DNA of 64,000 bases from Spirochaetia bacterium (GTDB taxonomy: Bacteria > Spirochaetota > Spirochaetia > DSM-16054 > Sediminispirochaetaceae), in contig JAXHMY010000008.1 in the NCBI GenBank assembly GCA_034520965.1, positions 64,001-128,000 on the forward strand, given 5' to 3'. A program made the translations under genes and the position numbers. The first letter of the stretch is position 1, and the number at the start of each line of letters is the position of its first letter. The notes beneath the pieces are model-generated. The model saw nothing but the letters and a program-made list of their open reading frames with translations, did no database searches and had not been told where the DNA came from. This document shows, piece after piece, positions 39,250 through 50,233 of the stretch.

Positions 39250-39767
39250 ATGGGTGAAGATAAAAGTACTTATACAGATCATGTAATTTCAATGCTGGTT
39301 TTTAATCATCCGGGAGTGTTGTCAAAGATTACCAGTTTAATTACACGGCGGGGATTTAACATCGACAGTATTGCCGCCGGGCCGACCAAAGAGAAGGATA
39401 TGTTCCGGCTCACTATTATGGTAAAGGGGGATGATCGGAGTATCGAACAGATCCAGAAGCAGTTATATAAGATTGTGGACACCTTCAAAATTATGACTAT
39501 CCACCCGGCTCGGAAGGTTGAGCGTGAAATCGGCCTGATCAAAGTGAAGGCTCCGATGGAAGAGCGAAACGAGGGCTGCAGATGGTAAAATGTATTCAAA
39601 AGGTTCAGATACCTGACTCAAGTACCAGTCGGTTTGTTGTTGGATAACCAGAGCAGTGATGAGGTCGATTGCTTTATCAGTTTGTTTCCACTGTTAATCA
39701 GATTGTGGAAGTCGCCAGGACAGGAATCGTGGCGATGGATCGTTGGGAGAAAAACGGTGCATCTTGA
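39250..39767 (+). CDS. ilvN: Acetolactate synthase small subunit, several indels in the 3' half (probable consensus errors)
   Basis: [26 protein letters not shown]-terminal [13 protein letters not shown] found in another frame ending TGA 39767. Confidence 0.8.
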
Positions 39768-39810
39768 GGTGCAGTGGGAAGCAATAAAATTAAAATTTAA
39801 GGAGAAAAAA

Positions 39811-40804
<994 letters not shown>

Positions 40805-40814
40805 GGAGATAGAT

Positions 40815-42494
40815 ATGAGCAATCAGGTAAAGGTGTACGATACGACCCTGCGGGACGGCGCTCAGTCGGTGGGGGTTACCTTTCTCTCTGCATGATGAAG
40901 TGCGGTGATGGAAGCCCTTGATGATATGGGGATGCACTATATCGAAGCCGGTTGGCCCGGTTCGAATCCGAAGGATGCGGCTTTTTTTGAGGCCGCCCAG
41001 TCCATACGGCTGCGTAACTCACGCTTAGCTGCTTTTGGTTCAACCCGTATGAAGAATACCAAAGTTGAACAGGACCGCAATCTGGACTTGCTGCTGCGCA
41101 GCAATGTGCCGGTGATTACCATTTTCGGAAAGTCCTGGGATCTGCATGTGCTTGAGGCGTTGGGGACAAGTCCTGAGGAGAACCTGGAGATGATTTACTC
41201 TTCCGTACGTTACTTAAAATCGCGGGTGGATGAGGTAGTGTTCGATGCCGAGCACTACTTCGACGGAGTGAAAGCGAATCCCGAGTACGCCTTTGCCACT
41301 TTGAACGCAGCCGCGGAAGCCGGAGCGGATTGGCTGGTGCTGTGTGATACCAATGGAGGTACTCTCCCGGACGCCTTCCAGCGTGAGACAGAGAAGGTTA
41401 TCGACCGCTACTCTTTGCCGGTCGGCGTTCATGCGCATAACGATTCTGATTCGGCTGTAGCAAACTCACTTTTAGGGGTGGGAGCCGGTGCGCAGATGGT
41501 GCAGGGAACCATTAACGGTTTAGGCGAGCGATGCGGGAACGCAAACTTGTGCAGTGTAGTGCCGAATTTGAGCCTGAAACAGTCCTATTCAACGGTCGGT
41601 GAGGAGAATATCCGCAAACTGCAGAAGGTCTTCTCCACTTCTCGTATCGGAGATGTCGAATACTACCCCGATCGAGCACATGCCCTTTGTGGGACAGCAT
41701 GCTTTCAGCCATAAGGGGAGAATTCGTGTATCAGCGGTACGCAAAAACCCCCTGACCTACGAACACATTGACCCCGAGCTGGTCGGAGACAGTCGTTTTA
41801 CCACTGTCTCAGAGCTCTCGGGAAAGAGTAATATTATTGAAAAGACTAAAAATATGGGTCTTGGTCAGGAGTTGAGCGGTGAGGCAGCCGGCAAAATTGT
41901 GGAAAAGGTAAAAGAACTGGAGTCACAGGGCTATCACTTTGAGGGTGCGGAAGCCTCCTTCGAACTTCTATCGGCCGCTCTGATGGGTTCACTGAAAGAG
42001 TACTTTACCCTGCACGGGTACCGAATTATGATCTGGAACAATGGGGACGGGAATACCTGGTCTGAAGCTACTATAAAAGCCTCTGTTCCGGAGGATGTGT
42101 CCCATCAACAGGGTCACAGTGAAGCTGTTGAACACACCTCTGCCGACGGCAGCGGACCGGTTGAGGCCTCTGGCAGAAGCCGCTGGAAAGGCGCTGGAGA
42201 AAATTTCATCCGCATATTAAGAATACCCGCCTTACCGATTACAAGGTGCGTATTTTGAACGAGGAATCGGGAACCTGCGCACTTACTCGGGTAATCATAA
42301 ATACTTCCGATGAAGAGACCAGCTGGGGAACAGTGGGAGTTTCGGAGAACATAATAGAGGCCTCATGGCAGGCTTTAACCGATTCTCTCATTTACAAATT
42401 GAAAAAAGACGAAGCCAAACGGGCTGCTGACGGCGAAAAAACAGATGCGTCAGTCGATAATGGAAAGGAGCATGTATATGGGACGATATCTTAA
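40815..42494 (+). CDS. cimA: (R)-citramalate synthase, split by about three frameshift zones
   Basis: YDTTLRDGAQ, IEAGWPGSNPKD, FGKSWDLHV, FDAEHYFDG, FEGAEASFELL, WGTVGVSENIIEASWQAL across four frame segments. Confidence 0.85.
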
Positions 42495-44067
42495 AATTTT
42501 TGATACCACATTACGCGATGGTGAACAGTCGCCGGGGGCCTCAATGACCCTCGATCAAAAGGTGGAAATGGCCGAGGCCCTTGAGAGCCTCGGGGTGGAT
42601 GTCATTGAAGCCGGATTTCCGGTTTCCTCCAAGGTTCAGTTCGAGGCGGTACGCCGCGTTGCCGGAACCCTCAAAAAGGCAGCGGTGGTCGGCCTTTCGC
42701 GCTGTGTAAAAAAGGACATTGATATCACCTACGAAGCGGTGAAAGATGCGGTGCATCCGATGCTGCATCTCTTTATCGCCACCAGTCCGCTACACCGGGA
42801 ATTTAAACTAAAAAAGGACCGCAGTCAGGTACTCGAGTCGATTGCAACGCACCTCGATTATGCGCGTCAGTTTTTTAAGCGTATAGAATTTTCACCTGAA
42901 GATGCATCCCGCACCGAAACTGATTTTTTGTTAGAGGTGATTAAAACAGCGATCGCCCACGGGGCAACTACCATCAACATTCCCGATACCGTGGGCTTTT
43001 CCATGCCCGACGAGTTCGGACAGTTAATTGAGAAGCTGGTGAAGGAAGTTCCGGAATTCCAGAGCGGTGCTGTTGATCTTTCAGTGCACTGTCACAACGA
43101 TTTAGGCTTGGCAGCCGCCAACTCTCTTGCTGCGGTAAAGGCCGGTGCAAGCCAGGTTGAAGTAACCTTGAACGGGATCGGTGAACGGGCCGGAAATTGC
43201 GCCTTGGAAGAGCTAGTGATGGGGCTGGAGGTGCGCCGTGACCTCTACAATGTGGATACCCACATACAAAAGGAGTATCTGTATCCAACCGGAAAACTGC
43301 TGCAGAACCTGACCGGGCTTCTGTTCCAACGGAACAAACCTATTTTTGGGGACAACGTGTTTACCCATGAGTCGGGAATACATCAGCATGGGGTCCTCGC
43401 TCACCGGGAAACCTACGAAATTATGAATCCCAATACCATCGGCCGTCACAGTGAAAGCCTGGTAATGGGACGCCATTCGGGAAAGCACGCACTCCAGGAA
43501 AAACTGCGCCAGTACAATATCCGTCTATCCGAGGAGCAGTTCCAGAAGGTGTTTGAACGTTTTGCGGAGATAGCGGACAAGAAAAAAGAGGTCTACGATG
43601 AGGACCTGTTCTCGATTGTCTCCAATGTGCTCGGTGGAACAATCGACGGGTATCGGATGCCCTATTTTCATGTGTACACCGGTAATACCTTGATTCCTTC
43701 GGCGACGATTAAGCTGACCGAGAAAGACGAGGAGTATATCGCCTCCGCCACCGGTGACGGTCCGGTTGATGCGGTGTTCAATGCTATCGATAAGTGTTGT
43801 CACATCAAGACCAGACTTGAAGAGTACATTATTCAAGCAGTTGGTTCCGGTAAAGATGCGCAGGGACAAGTAAAATTGATGCTTGAAATTGAAGATGAGT
43901 TGTTTGCCGGGAAGGCTTCCTCGACGGATATTGTTGAAGCATCGGCTCTAACGTATTTGAATGCAGTGAACCGGTATGTTCTTAAGCGGCTTTCCAATGG
44001 GCATTCAGGGGGAGACGCGCAGGATTCTCAGATGGCTGAAACCACCGGTAAGGGCCGGGCAGAGTGA
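42478..44067 (+). CDS. leuA: 2-isopropylmalate synthase
   Basis: FDTTLRDGEQSPG, HCHNDLGLA, GIGERAGN, HESGIHQHG, GDGPVDA regulatory domain; SD AGGAG. Confidence 0.95.
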   Translation: MGRYLKIFDTTLRDGEQSPGASMTLDQKVEMAEALESLGVDVIEAGFPVSSKVQFEAVRRVAGTLKKAAVVGLSRCVKKDIDITYEAVKDAVHPMLHLFIATSPLHREFKLKKDRSQVLESIATHLDYARQFFKRIEFSPEDASRTETDFLLEVIKTAIAHGATTINIPDTVGFSMPDEFGQLIEKLVKEVPEFQSGAVDLSVHCHNDLGLAAANSLAAVKAGASQVEVTLNGIGERAGNCALEELVMGLEVRRDLYNVDTHIQKEYLYPTGKLLQNLTGLLFQRNKPIFGDNVFTHESGIHQHGVLAHRETYEIMNPNTIGRHSESLVMGRHSGKHALQEKLRQYNIRLSEEQFQKVFERFAEIADKKKEVYDEDLFSIVSNVLGGTIDGYRMPYFHVYTGNTLIPSATIKLTEKDEEYIASATGDGPVDAVFNAIDKCCHIKTRLEEYIIQAVGSGKDAQGQVKLMLEIEDELFAGKASSTDIVEASALTYLNAVNRYVLKRLSNGHSGGDAQDSQMAETTGKGRAE

Positions 44068-44075
44068 GGGAGAAT

Positions 44076-45368
44076 ATGAGCACAGAAGACCAGAAACAGA
44101 CTCTCACCGAAAAGATTTTCAGCGACAAAGCCGGACGAGTTGTGAAGGCCGGCGACTACCTGCTGCTGGATGTTGACGTTGCTTTAGGCAATGATATCAC
44201 GGCGCCGGTAGCAATCAAGGAATTCGAAAAATTCAAAGGCCGCCGGGTATATGATCCGGAGCGGGTCGTGTTTGTAGCCGACCATTTCACACCCAATAAG
44301 GACATCCAGTCGGCGATGCAGGTAAAGATGGTTCGCGATTTTGCCCGGGCCCACGGTATTAAAAACTTTTTTGATGTGGGGAAGATGGGCATCGAACATG
44401 TGCTTTTACCGGAACAGGGTTTGGTGAAGTCGGGGGATCTGGTAGTTGGTGCCGATAGCCACACCTGTACCTACGGCGCTCTGGGAGCATTTTCGACCGG
44501 GGTGGGGTCAACCGACCTGGCGGGGGTGTTTTTTACCGGGAAGGCGTGGTTCAAGGTACCCGAGGCAATCCGGGTAGAGCTAAAAGGGCAGTTTTCACCG
44601 GGAGTATCCGGAAAAGATCTTATTCTGCATCTTATCTCTCTGCTGGGGGTCGACGGGGCTAATTATCAGGCTCTGGAGTTCACCGGGCCGGGAGTTGCGG
44701 CAGTAAGTATGGACTCTCGGTTTACCGTCAGCAATATGGCAATCGAAGCTGGAGGAAAGGCGGGCCTGTTTCCGGTAGATGCCGTTACCCAAGCCTATGA
44801 GGATGCTCGGGGTATAAAGGTTACTCCACGCAGCGCCGATGAGGACGCCGTGTACAGCCGCAGCATAGAAATTGATTTAAGTACTCTAGAACCAACGGTC
44901 GCCCGCCCGTTTCTGCCGGATAATGGCGCGACTATCAGCAGCTTGACTGCAGAAAAGATAAAAATTGACCAGGTGGTCATAGGCAGCTGTACCAACGGCC
45001 GGATCGAAGACCTGCGGGCTGCTGCGGCGGTGTTGGGCGATGAGCCGATAGCCGAAGGCCTGCGCTGCATCATTCTGCCCGGATCGCAGGAGGTGTATCT
45101 GCAGGCCCTGCGGGAGGGATTAACTGAAAAATTCGTAAGTGCCGGCTGTGCATTTTCAACCCCCACCTGTGGTCCCTGTCTGGGCGGACATATGGGTATT
45201 TTGGCTGCGAAGGAGGTGGCGGTCTCTACCACCAACCGTAACTTTGTCGGCCGAATGGGTCATTCCAGCAGTGAAGTCTACCTTGCATCTCCCGTGGTTG
45301 CTGCAGCCACTGCTGTAAAGGGCTATCTGTGTGGCCCGGATGCTGCGGCCCTCGAGAGGCTGACATAG
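44076..45368 (+). CDS. leuC: 3-isopropylmalate dehydratase large subunit
   Basis: DSHTCTYGA, IGSCTNGR, CGPCLGG, STTNRNFVGRMG. Confidence 0.95.
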   Translation: MSTEDQKQTLTEKIFSDKAGRVVKAGDYLLLDVDVALGNDITAPVAIKEFEKFKGRRVYDPERVVFVADHFTPNKDIQSAMQVKMVRDFARAHGIKNFFDVGKMGIEHVLLPEQGLVKSGDLVVGADSHTCTYGALGAFSTGVGSTDLAGVFFTGKAWFKVPEAIRVELKGQFSPGVSGKDLILHLISLLGVDGANYQALEFTGPGVAAVSMDSRFTVSNMAIEAGGKAGLFPVDAVTQAYEDARGIKVTPRSADEDAVYSRSIEIDLSTLEPTVARPFLPDNGATISSLTAEKIKIDQVVIGSCTNGRIEDLRAAAAVLGDEPIAEGLRCIILPGSQEVYLQALREGLTEKFVSAGCAFSTPTCGPCLGGHMGILAAKEVAVSTTNRNFVGRMGHSSSEVYLASPVVAAATAVKGYLCGPDAAALERLT

Positions 45369-45455
45369 AGGCTGACATAAAGTCTGAATGAAGGATGCGC
45401 CGCATTTGAGTTGGAGAGAAGAGAAACGCAATAAACGAAAAGAGTGAGGATATAA

Positions 45456-45974
45456 ATGATACGAGAAGGTAAGGTCTTTAAGTTTGGAGACCACATAAAC
45501 ACCGATGAGATTATTCCGGCCCGTTATCTGGCCACCACCGACCCTGAAGAGCTGGCAAAGAACTGTATGGAGGATGCCAGGCCGGGTTTCGGGCGGCGGG
45601 AGGATGTGTCCGGCAGCATTATGGTGGCCGGCGAGAATTTTGGCTGCGGCTCATCCCGTGAGCATGCACCAATAGCGATAAAGGCTGCCGGAATTCAATG
45701 CGTAGTTGCAAAGAGTTTTGCCAGAATTTTTCTGCGAAACTGCATTAACATTGGGCTTCCGATTGTGGAACTGGATCAGACCGATACAATAGAAGAGGGA
45801 AATTACCTCAAAATAGATTTTAATGCTGGACAGGTATCAAATATTAGCCAGGGTACAGAGTATACTACCAATACTTACCCGGAGTTTCTGCAGCAGATTA
45901 TTCACAGCGGTGGTTGGCTGACCTATGCTACCACTAACCTGGCTCCTAAATGGGTTCTGGAAGGGGAGCGTTGA
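45456..45974 (+). CDS. leuD: 3-isopropylmalate dehydratase small subunit
   Basis: INTDEIIPARYL, NFGCGSSREHAP, SFARIF.RN..NIG. Confidence 0.95.
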   Translation: MIREGKVFKFGDHINTDEIIPARYLATTDPEELAKNCMEDARPGFGRREDVSGSIMVAGENFGCGSSREHAPIAIKAAGIQCVVAKSFARIFLRNCINIGLPIVELDQTDTIEEGNYLKIDFNAGQVSNISQGTEYTTNTYPEFLQQIIHSGGWLTYATTNLAPKWVLEGER

Positions 45975-45975
45975 A

Positions 45976-47043
45976 ATGAAATATAAGATAGCGGTTTTAC
46001 CTGGTGATGGAATCGGGCCTGAGGTGATGGAGGCTGCCCAAAGGGTACTTGCAGCGGTGAGCAAAAAGTTTAACCTCCAGTTTGAGTTCAGCTACGGACT
46101 TATCGGAGGGGCGGCTCTGGATGCGGAAGACACCCCCCTTCCGGAGGAAACCCTTAAACTGTGCCGCAGTGCCGACGCAGTCTTGCTGGGCAGTGTCGGG
46201 GGCCCCAAATGGGATACCCTCCCGCCGGAAAAGCGACCCGAACGGGGCGGTTTATTAGCCCTGCGGAAACAGCTGAATCTGTTTGCTAATTTACGGCCGG
46301 TGCGGGTGTATCCGTCCATTTCTCACCTCTCTCCTCTCAACAGCCGCCGTCTTGAAAACGGGGTGGATCTGTTGACGGTCCGGGAACTTTCCGGCGGTAT
46401 CTATTTTGGTGAGCCGAAAGAAAAGGGCGATACGAGTGGACTGGATACTATGTACTACGACAAGCAGACTATCAGTCGAGTAGCCAGGCTTGCCTTTGAG
46501 GCTGCCGGTCGCCGGCGGAATAAGCTTACTTCGGTTGATAAGGCAAACGTGTTGTACAGTTCGCTTTTATGGCGGGAGACTGTCGAGGAAATAGCTCCCG
46601 AGTATCCGGAGGTAGAACTGGATCATATGTATGTCGATAACGCGGCTATGCAGATGATCGTCAACCCGGGGCAGTTTGATGTAATTCTCACGGGAAACCT
46701 GTTTGGGGATATCCTGTCCGATGAGTCCGCCGCCCTGCCGGGTTCGCTGGGGGTCTTGCCCTCGGCCTCGCTGGGTGATTCGGTACATCTGTTTGAACCG
46801 GCCGGCGGATCGGCACCGGACCTTGCCGGACTGGACAAGGCTAATCCGGTGGCACAAATATTATCGGCGGCCATGATGTGTGAGTACGGATTGGATTTAC
46901 CCGATGCGGCTGCAGCTATCCGAGAAGCGGTTGAGCAGAGTTTTACTGAAGGAATCTGTACTGCCGATTTACTCTCCGGTTCCGAAAGCCCGGCGGCCGG
47001 TACCACCCAGGTTGCTCGGGCGATTGCAGGGTATATCAAATAG
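45976..47043 (+). CDS. leuB: 3-isopropylmalate dehydrogenase
   Basis: LPGDGIGPEV, RPERGGLL.LRK, DKANVL, NLFGDILSDE, EPAGGSAPDL. Confidence 0.95.
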   Translation: MKYKIAVLPGDGIGPEVMEAAQRVLAAVSKKFNLQFEFSYGLIGGAALDAEDTPLPEETLKLCRSADAVLLGSVGGPKWDTLPPEKRPERGGLLALRKQLNLFANLRPVRVYPSISHLSPLNSRRLENGVDLLTVRELSGGIYFGEPKEKGDTSGLDTMYYDKQTISRVARLAFEAAGRRRNKLTSVDKANVLYSSLLWRETVEEIAPEYPEVELDHMYVDNAAMQMIVNPGQFDVILTGNLFGDILSDESAALPGSLGVLPSASLGDSVHLFEPAGGSAPDLAGLDKANPVAQILSAAMMCEYGLDLPDAAAAIREAVEQSFTEGICTADLLSGSESPAAGTTQVARAIAGYIK

Positions 47044-47193
47044 TTCGATCCATTTGACCGGTGCTTTGGTATCTATATGCTATTCTATAAATGTGCTTGC
47101 GAAAAATCAATTTTTACTATGTAATAGATCATTGATCGGGCCGAGTGGAGACTGTAACACAGCCCGGTCCAAATTATCAGTGAGAGGCGTTGT

Positions 47194-48054
47194 ATGAATA
47201 AGGTCCTTGAAAAGCTTCAGCTATCCGATCAAGTGTATAAGATGAAGCTTGAAGCTCCTCTAATTGCCCAGGAGCGAAAACCTGGTCAATTTGTAATAGT
47301 ACAAAAAGACACAAATTTTGGTGAACGAGTTCCCCTTACCATCGCGGATGCTGATCCGGAGGAAGGCTCCATAACAATCATTTTTCAGGCTGTCGGTAAA
47401 ACGACCATTGAGTTGTCGCAATTTGAGCCGGGTGATTCAATTGAGAATGTCCTGGGCCCATTGGGACAACCCACCCATATTGAAAAGCTGGGTACTGTGG
47501 TATGTGTCGGCGGAGGAATCGGGGTTGCCCCTATGCATCCGATTGCGAAAGCTATGAAGGCTGCCGGGAACAAGGTGGTCATAATTATCGGAGCCAGGAC
47601 TAAAGAATTGGTGATTATGGAAGAGGAGATGAAGGCGATCGCCGATGAGCTGATTGTTGTAACCGATGACGGCAGCTACGGGCGCAAGGCGCTGGTTACC
47701 GAACCTCTGAAGGAGATTTGCGAACAGGATCCCCCCGATCAGGTAGTGGCAATTGGTCCTCCGATTATGATGAAATTCGCCGCCGAGACAACTCGGCCCT
47801 TCGGAGTTCACACTGTGGTGTCCTTGAATACTATTATGGTTGACGGCACCGGTATGTGCGGCGGCTGCCGGGTTACAGTTGGCGGCAAGACCAAGTTTGT
47901 CTGCGTCGACGGCCCCGAGTTTAACGGCCACAAGGTCGATTTTGAAAATATGATGCTGCGCTTAGGTGCGTATAAAGAACAGGAAGAGGAGCATGCCCAT
48001 AAATGCCTGCTCGATGCACAGATTGAACAGATGCAAGGAAAGGAGTCCAAATGA
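47194..48054 (+). CDS. nfnA: Electron-bifurcating transhydrogenase small subunit (NfnA/SudB-like)
   Basis: GERVPLTIAD, GGGIGVAP, MVDGTGMCGGCRV..KFVCVDGPEF. Confidence 0.85.
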   Translation: MNKVLEKLQLSDQVYKMKLEAPLIAQERKPGQFVIVQKDTNFGERVPLTIADADPEEGSITIIFQAVGKTTIELSQFEPGDSIENVLGPLGQPTHIEKLGTVVCVGGGIGVAPMHPIAKAMKAAGNKVVIIIGARTKELVIMEEEMKAIADELIVVTDDGSYGRKALVTEPLKEICEQDPPDQVVAIGPPIMMKFAAETTRPFGVHTVVSLNTIMVDGTGMCGGCRVTVGGKTKFVCVDGPEFNGHKVDFENMMLRLGAYKEQEEEHAHKCLLDAQIEQMQGKESK

Positions 48055-49532
48055 AGCCTGCCGAAGAACTAAAGCGTGAAGCGGATGAACTGTTCTCTGA
48101 AATTGAAGGTATAGAACTGAAAAACAAGGATCGTCTTAAACTGCCCCCCCAGGACATGCCTAATCAGAATCCCCTGGAACGGATTCAGAATATGAATGAA
48201 GTAGCTACAGGCTATTTCGAGCCGCAGGTGCGGGTAGAGGCCGCCCGCTGTTTACAGTGCAAAAATGCTCCCTGTATCCAGGGCTGTCCGGTAGAGATAA
48301 ACATTCCGGCCTTCTTAAAAGCCGCCGAAGAGGGCGATTTTGATAAATCGGTTAAAATTATCAAAGAGAGCAGCCTTCTTCCGGCAATCTGCGGGCGTGT
48401 ATGCCCCCAGGAGACCCAGTGCCAGGCTACCTGTACCGTGGGCAAAGCAAAAAAGGATCCCCTCAAATCGGTTTCTATCGGACGAATAGAGCGCTATGTA
48501 GCCGATATAGAGCGGGAGAGCGGTAAGAAATCTATACCTGAGATAGCCCCCGAAACGGGGAAAAAGGTGGCGGTTATCGGATCCGGGCCGGCGGGCATAA
48601 CCGCTGCTGCGGACTTACGCAAAGCCGGACATCGGGTAACCATTTTTGAAGCCTTCCATCGGCCGGGCGGAGTTATGATTTACGGTATCCCCGAATTTAG
48701 GCTGCCGAAAGCGATTGTCCAGGAAGAGTTTGATACTTTAACTGCGATGGGGGTTGAGCTGCAGACCAATTTTCTGGTCGGACGGACCCGAAAACTCACC
48801 GACTTAATTGAAAAGGACGGATATAACGCCATTTTTATCGGCAGCGGAGCCGGCCTTCCAAAGTTTATGAATATTGAGGGCGAGAATCTGGTGGGAGTTT
48901 TCAGTGCCAACGAGTATTTGACCCGCTCCAACATGATGAAAGCCTACGATGAAGACCGTGCGGATACGCCAATTTACCACTCAAAGCGGGTTGCCGTGCT
49001 TGGTGGTGGAAATGTAGCCATGGACGCCGCTCGTACTGCCCTGCGGTTGGGTGCTGAAAAGGTGTACATTGTATATCGCCGGACCGAAAAAGAGATGCCC
49101 GCCCGTGTCGAAGAGGTTCACCACGCAAAGGAAGAGGGAATTGAGTTCCTCCTGCTCCACAACCCCAAACGGATTCTCGGCAATGAAAAGGGGCGTGTAG
49201 AGGGCCTGGAACTTTTAAGCTACGAGCTTGGTGAGCCGGATGACTCCGGCCGGCGTCGTCCCATCCCAATCGAGGGCAGTGAAAGCATTCTGGATGTAGA
49301 TACTGTGATTGTGTCTATCGGAAATGATTCAAACCCACTGCTTGAGCACACCACCGACAACCTTGAAACCAACAAATGGGGCAATATCGTGGTAAACGAG
49401 GACCTGGAAACCTCCATCGACCGGGTATATGCCGGAGGCGATATTGTGCTTGGTGCTGCAACGGTTATTCTGGCGATGGGGCAGGGGCGTACGGCCGCCG
49501 CCCAGATCAATGAGCGGCTGGCAAAGGAATAG
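48051..49532 (+). CDS. nfnB: Electron-bifurcating transhydrogenase large subunit (NfnB/SudA; GltD-like)
   Basis: RCLQCK..PC..GCPV, CGRVCPQE.QC, GSGPAG, GGGNVAMD, GAATVILAMG. Confidence 0.85.
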   Translation: MKPAEELKREADELFSEIEGIELKNKDRLKLPPQDMPNQNPLERIQNMNEVATGYFEPQVRVEAARCLQCKNAPCIQGCPVEINIPAFLKAAEEGDFDKSVKIIKESSLLPAICGRVCPQETQCQATCTVGKAKKDPLKSVSIGRIERYVADIERESGKKSIPEIAPETGKKVAVIGSGPAGITAAADLRKAGHRVTIFEAFHRPGGVMIYGIPEFRLPKAIVQEEFDTLTAMGVELQTNFLVGRTRKLTDLIEKDGYNAIFIGSGAGLPKFMNIEGENLVGVFSANEYLTRSNMMKAYDEDRADTPIYHSKRVAVLGGGNVAMDAARTALRLGAEKVYIVYRRTEKEMPARVEEVHHAKEEGIEFLLLHNPKRILGNEKGRVEGLELLSYELGEPDDSGRRRPIPIEGSESILDVDTVIVSIGNDSNPLLEHTTDNLETNKWGNIVVNEDLETSIDRVYAGGDIVLGAATVILAMGQGRTAAAQINERLAKE

Positions 49533-49572
49533 TAACTAGGCCGCTTCCTCCGAAGTGCTTCTCCCGAGGAGC

Positions 49573-50223
49573 TTACTCGGAAGATGTACAGCGAATATGC
49601 TCTCCCCCAATAATCAACTGGGGGAGGGTTTGGTCATGTTCATCAAAGGGCACCGTTTCCAGTAGCTGGACCGAAAAACCGATACCTACGGGGGTCATCT
49701 CTTTCGCATCTATGTGCGAGATATGCCGGCTAATCCACTTATCGTAGAACCCTTTCCCACGGCCTAAACGATTGCCCCGGCGGTCAAAGGCCAGTCCGGG
49801 GGTGGCAATAAGACAGTGAACCCCCTGCTGAGGGGGAAACACCGGGGCTGTACTGCGGGGCTCCCAAAGCCCGTAGGGGTTGTACTCAAGGTCAAGCTTT
49901 GGCTCAAGTATCTCAGAGTCCGACTGAGCTTCCCATATCAGATGGAACTCCATCTCATTGCCGTGAAGCCGCGGGGCCCATATCCGTTTACCCTGCAAGA
50001 CAGCTGCCTTGATCAGCCCTTGAGTATCGATTTCACCCTTCATGGACAGAAACAGCAGCACATCATGGCTCGAATCCCACTCCGGCAAGCCGAGAAACTT
50101 CTCCGTCATGGAAGTAGCCTCCTGTTTCTGCAGTTGTACCGGAAACTCTTTTATACGGCTGCGTACTTGTGAGCGCAGCCGAGCTTTTTCTGATTTTTTG
50201 TTCTTATTATTTTTGTCCGGCAT
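49573..50223 (-). CDS. 5-formyltetrahydrofolate cyclo-ligase
   Basis: K..LR, EIDT, PGLAFD..GNRLGRGKGFYD, VPFDEHD. Confidence 0.9.
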   Translation of the reverse strand: MPDKNNKNKKSEKARLRSQVRSRIKEFPVQLQKQEATSMTEKFLGLPEWDSSHDVLLFLSMKGEIDTQGLIKAAVLQGKRIWAPRLHGNEMEFHLIWEAQSDSEILEPKLDLEYNPYGLWEPRSTAPVFPPQQGVHCLIATPGLAFDRRGNRLGRGKGFYDKWISRHISHIDAKEMTPVGIGFSVQLLETVPFDEHDQTLPQLIIGGEHIRCTSSE

Positions 50224-50233
50224 TGCAGCACCT

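Noticed and set aside
48051..49532. Glutamate synthase small subunit gltD
   Set aside because: Paired with an NfnA-type gene and no gltB in the window.
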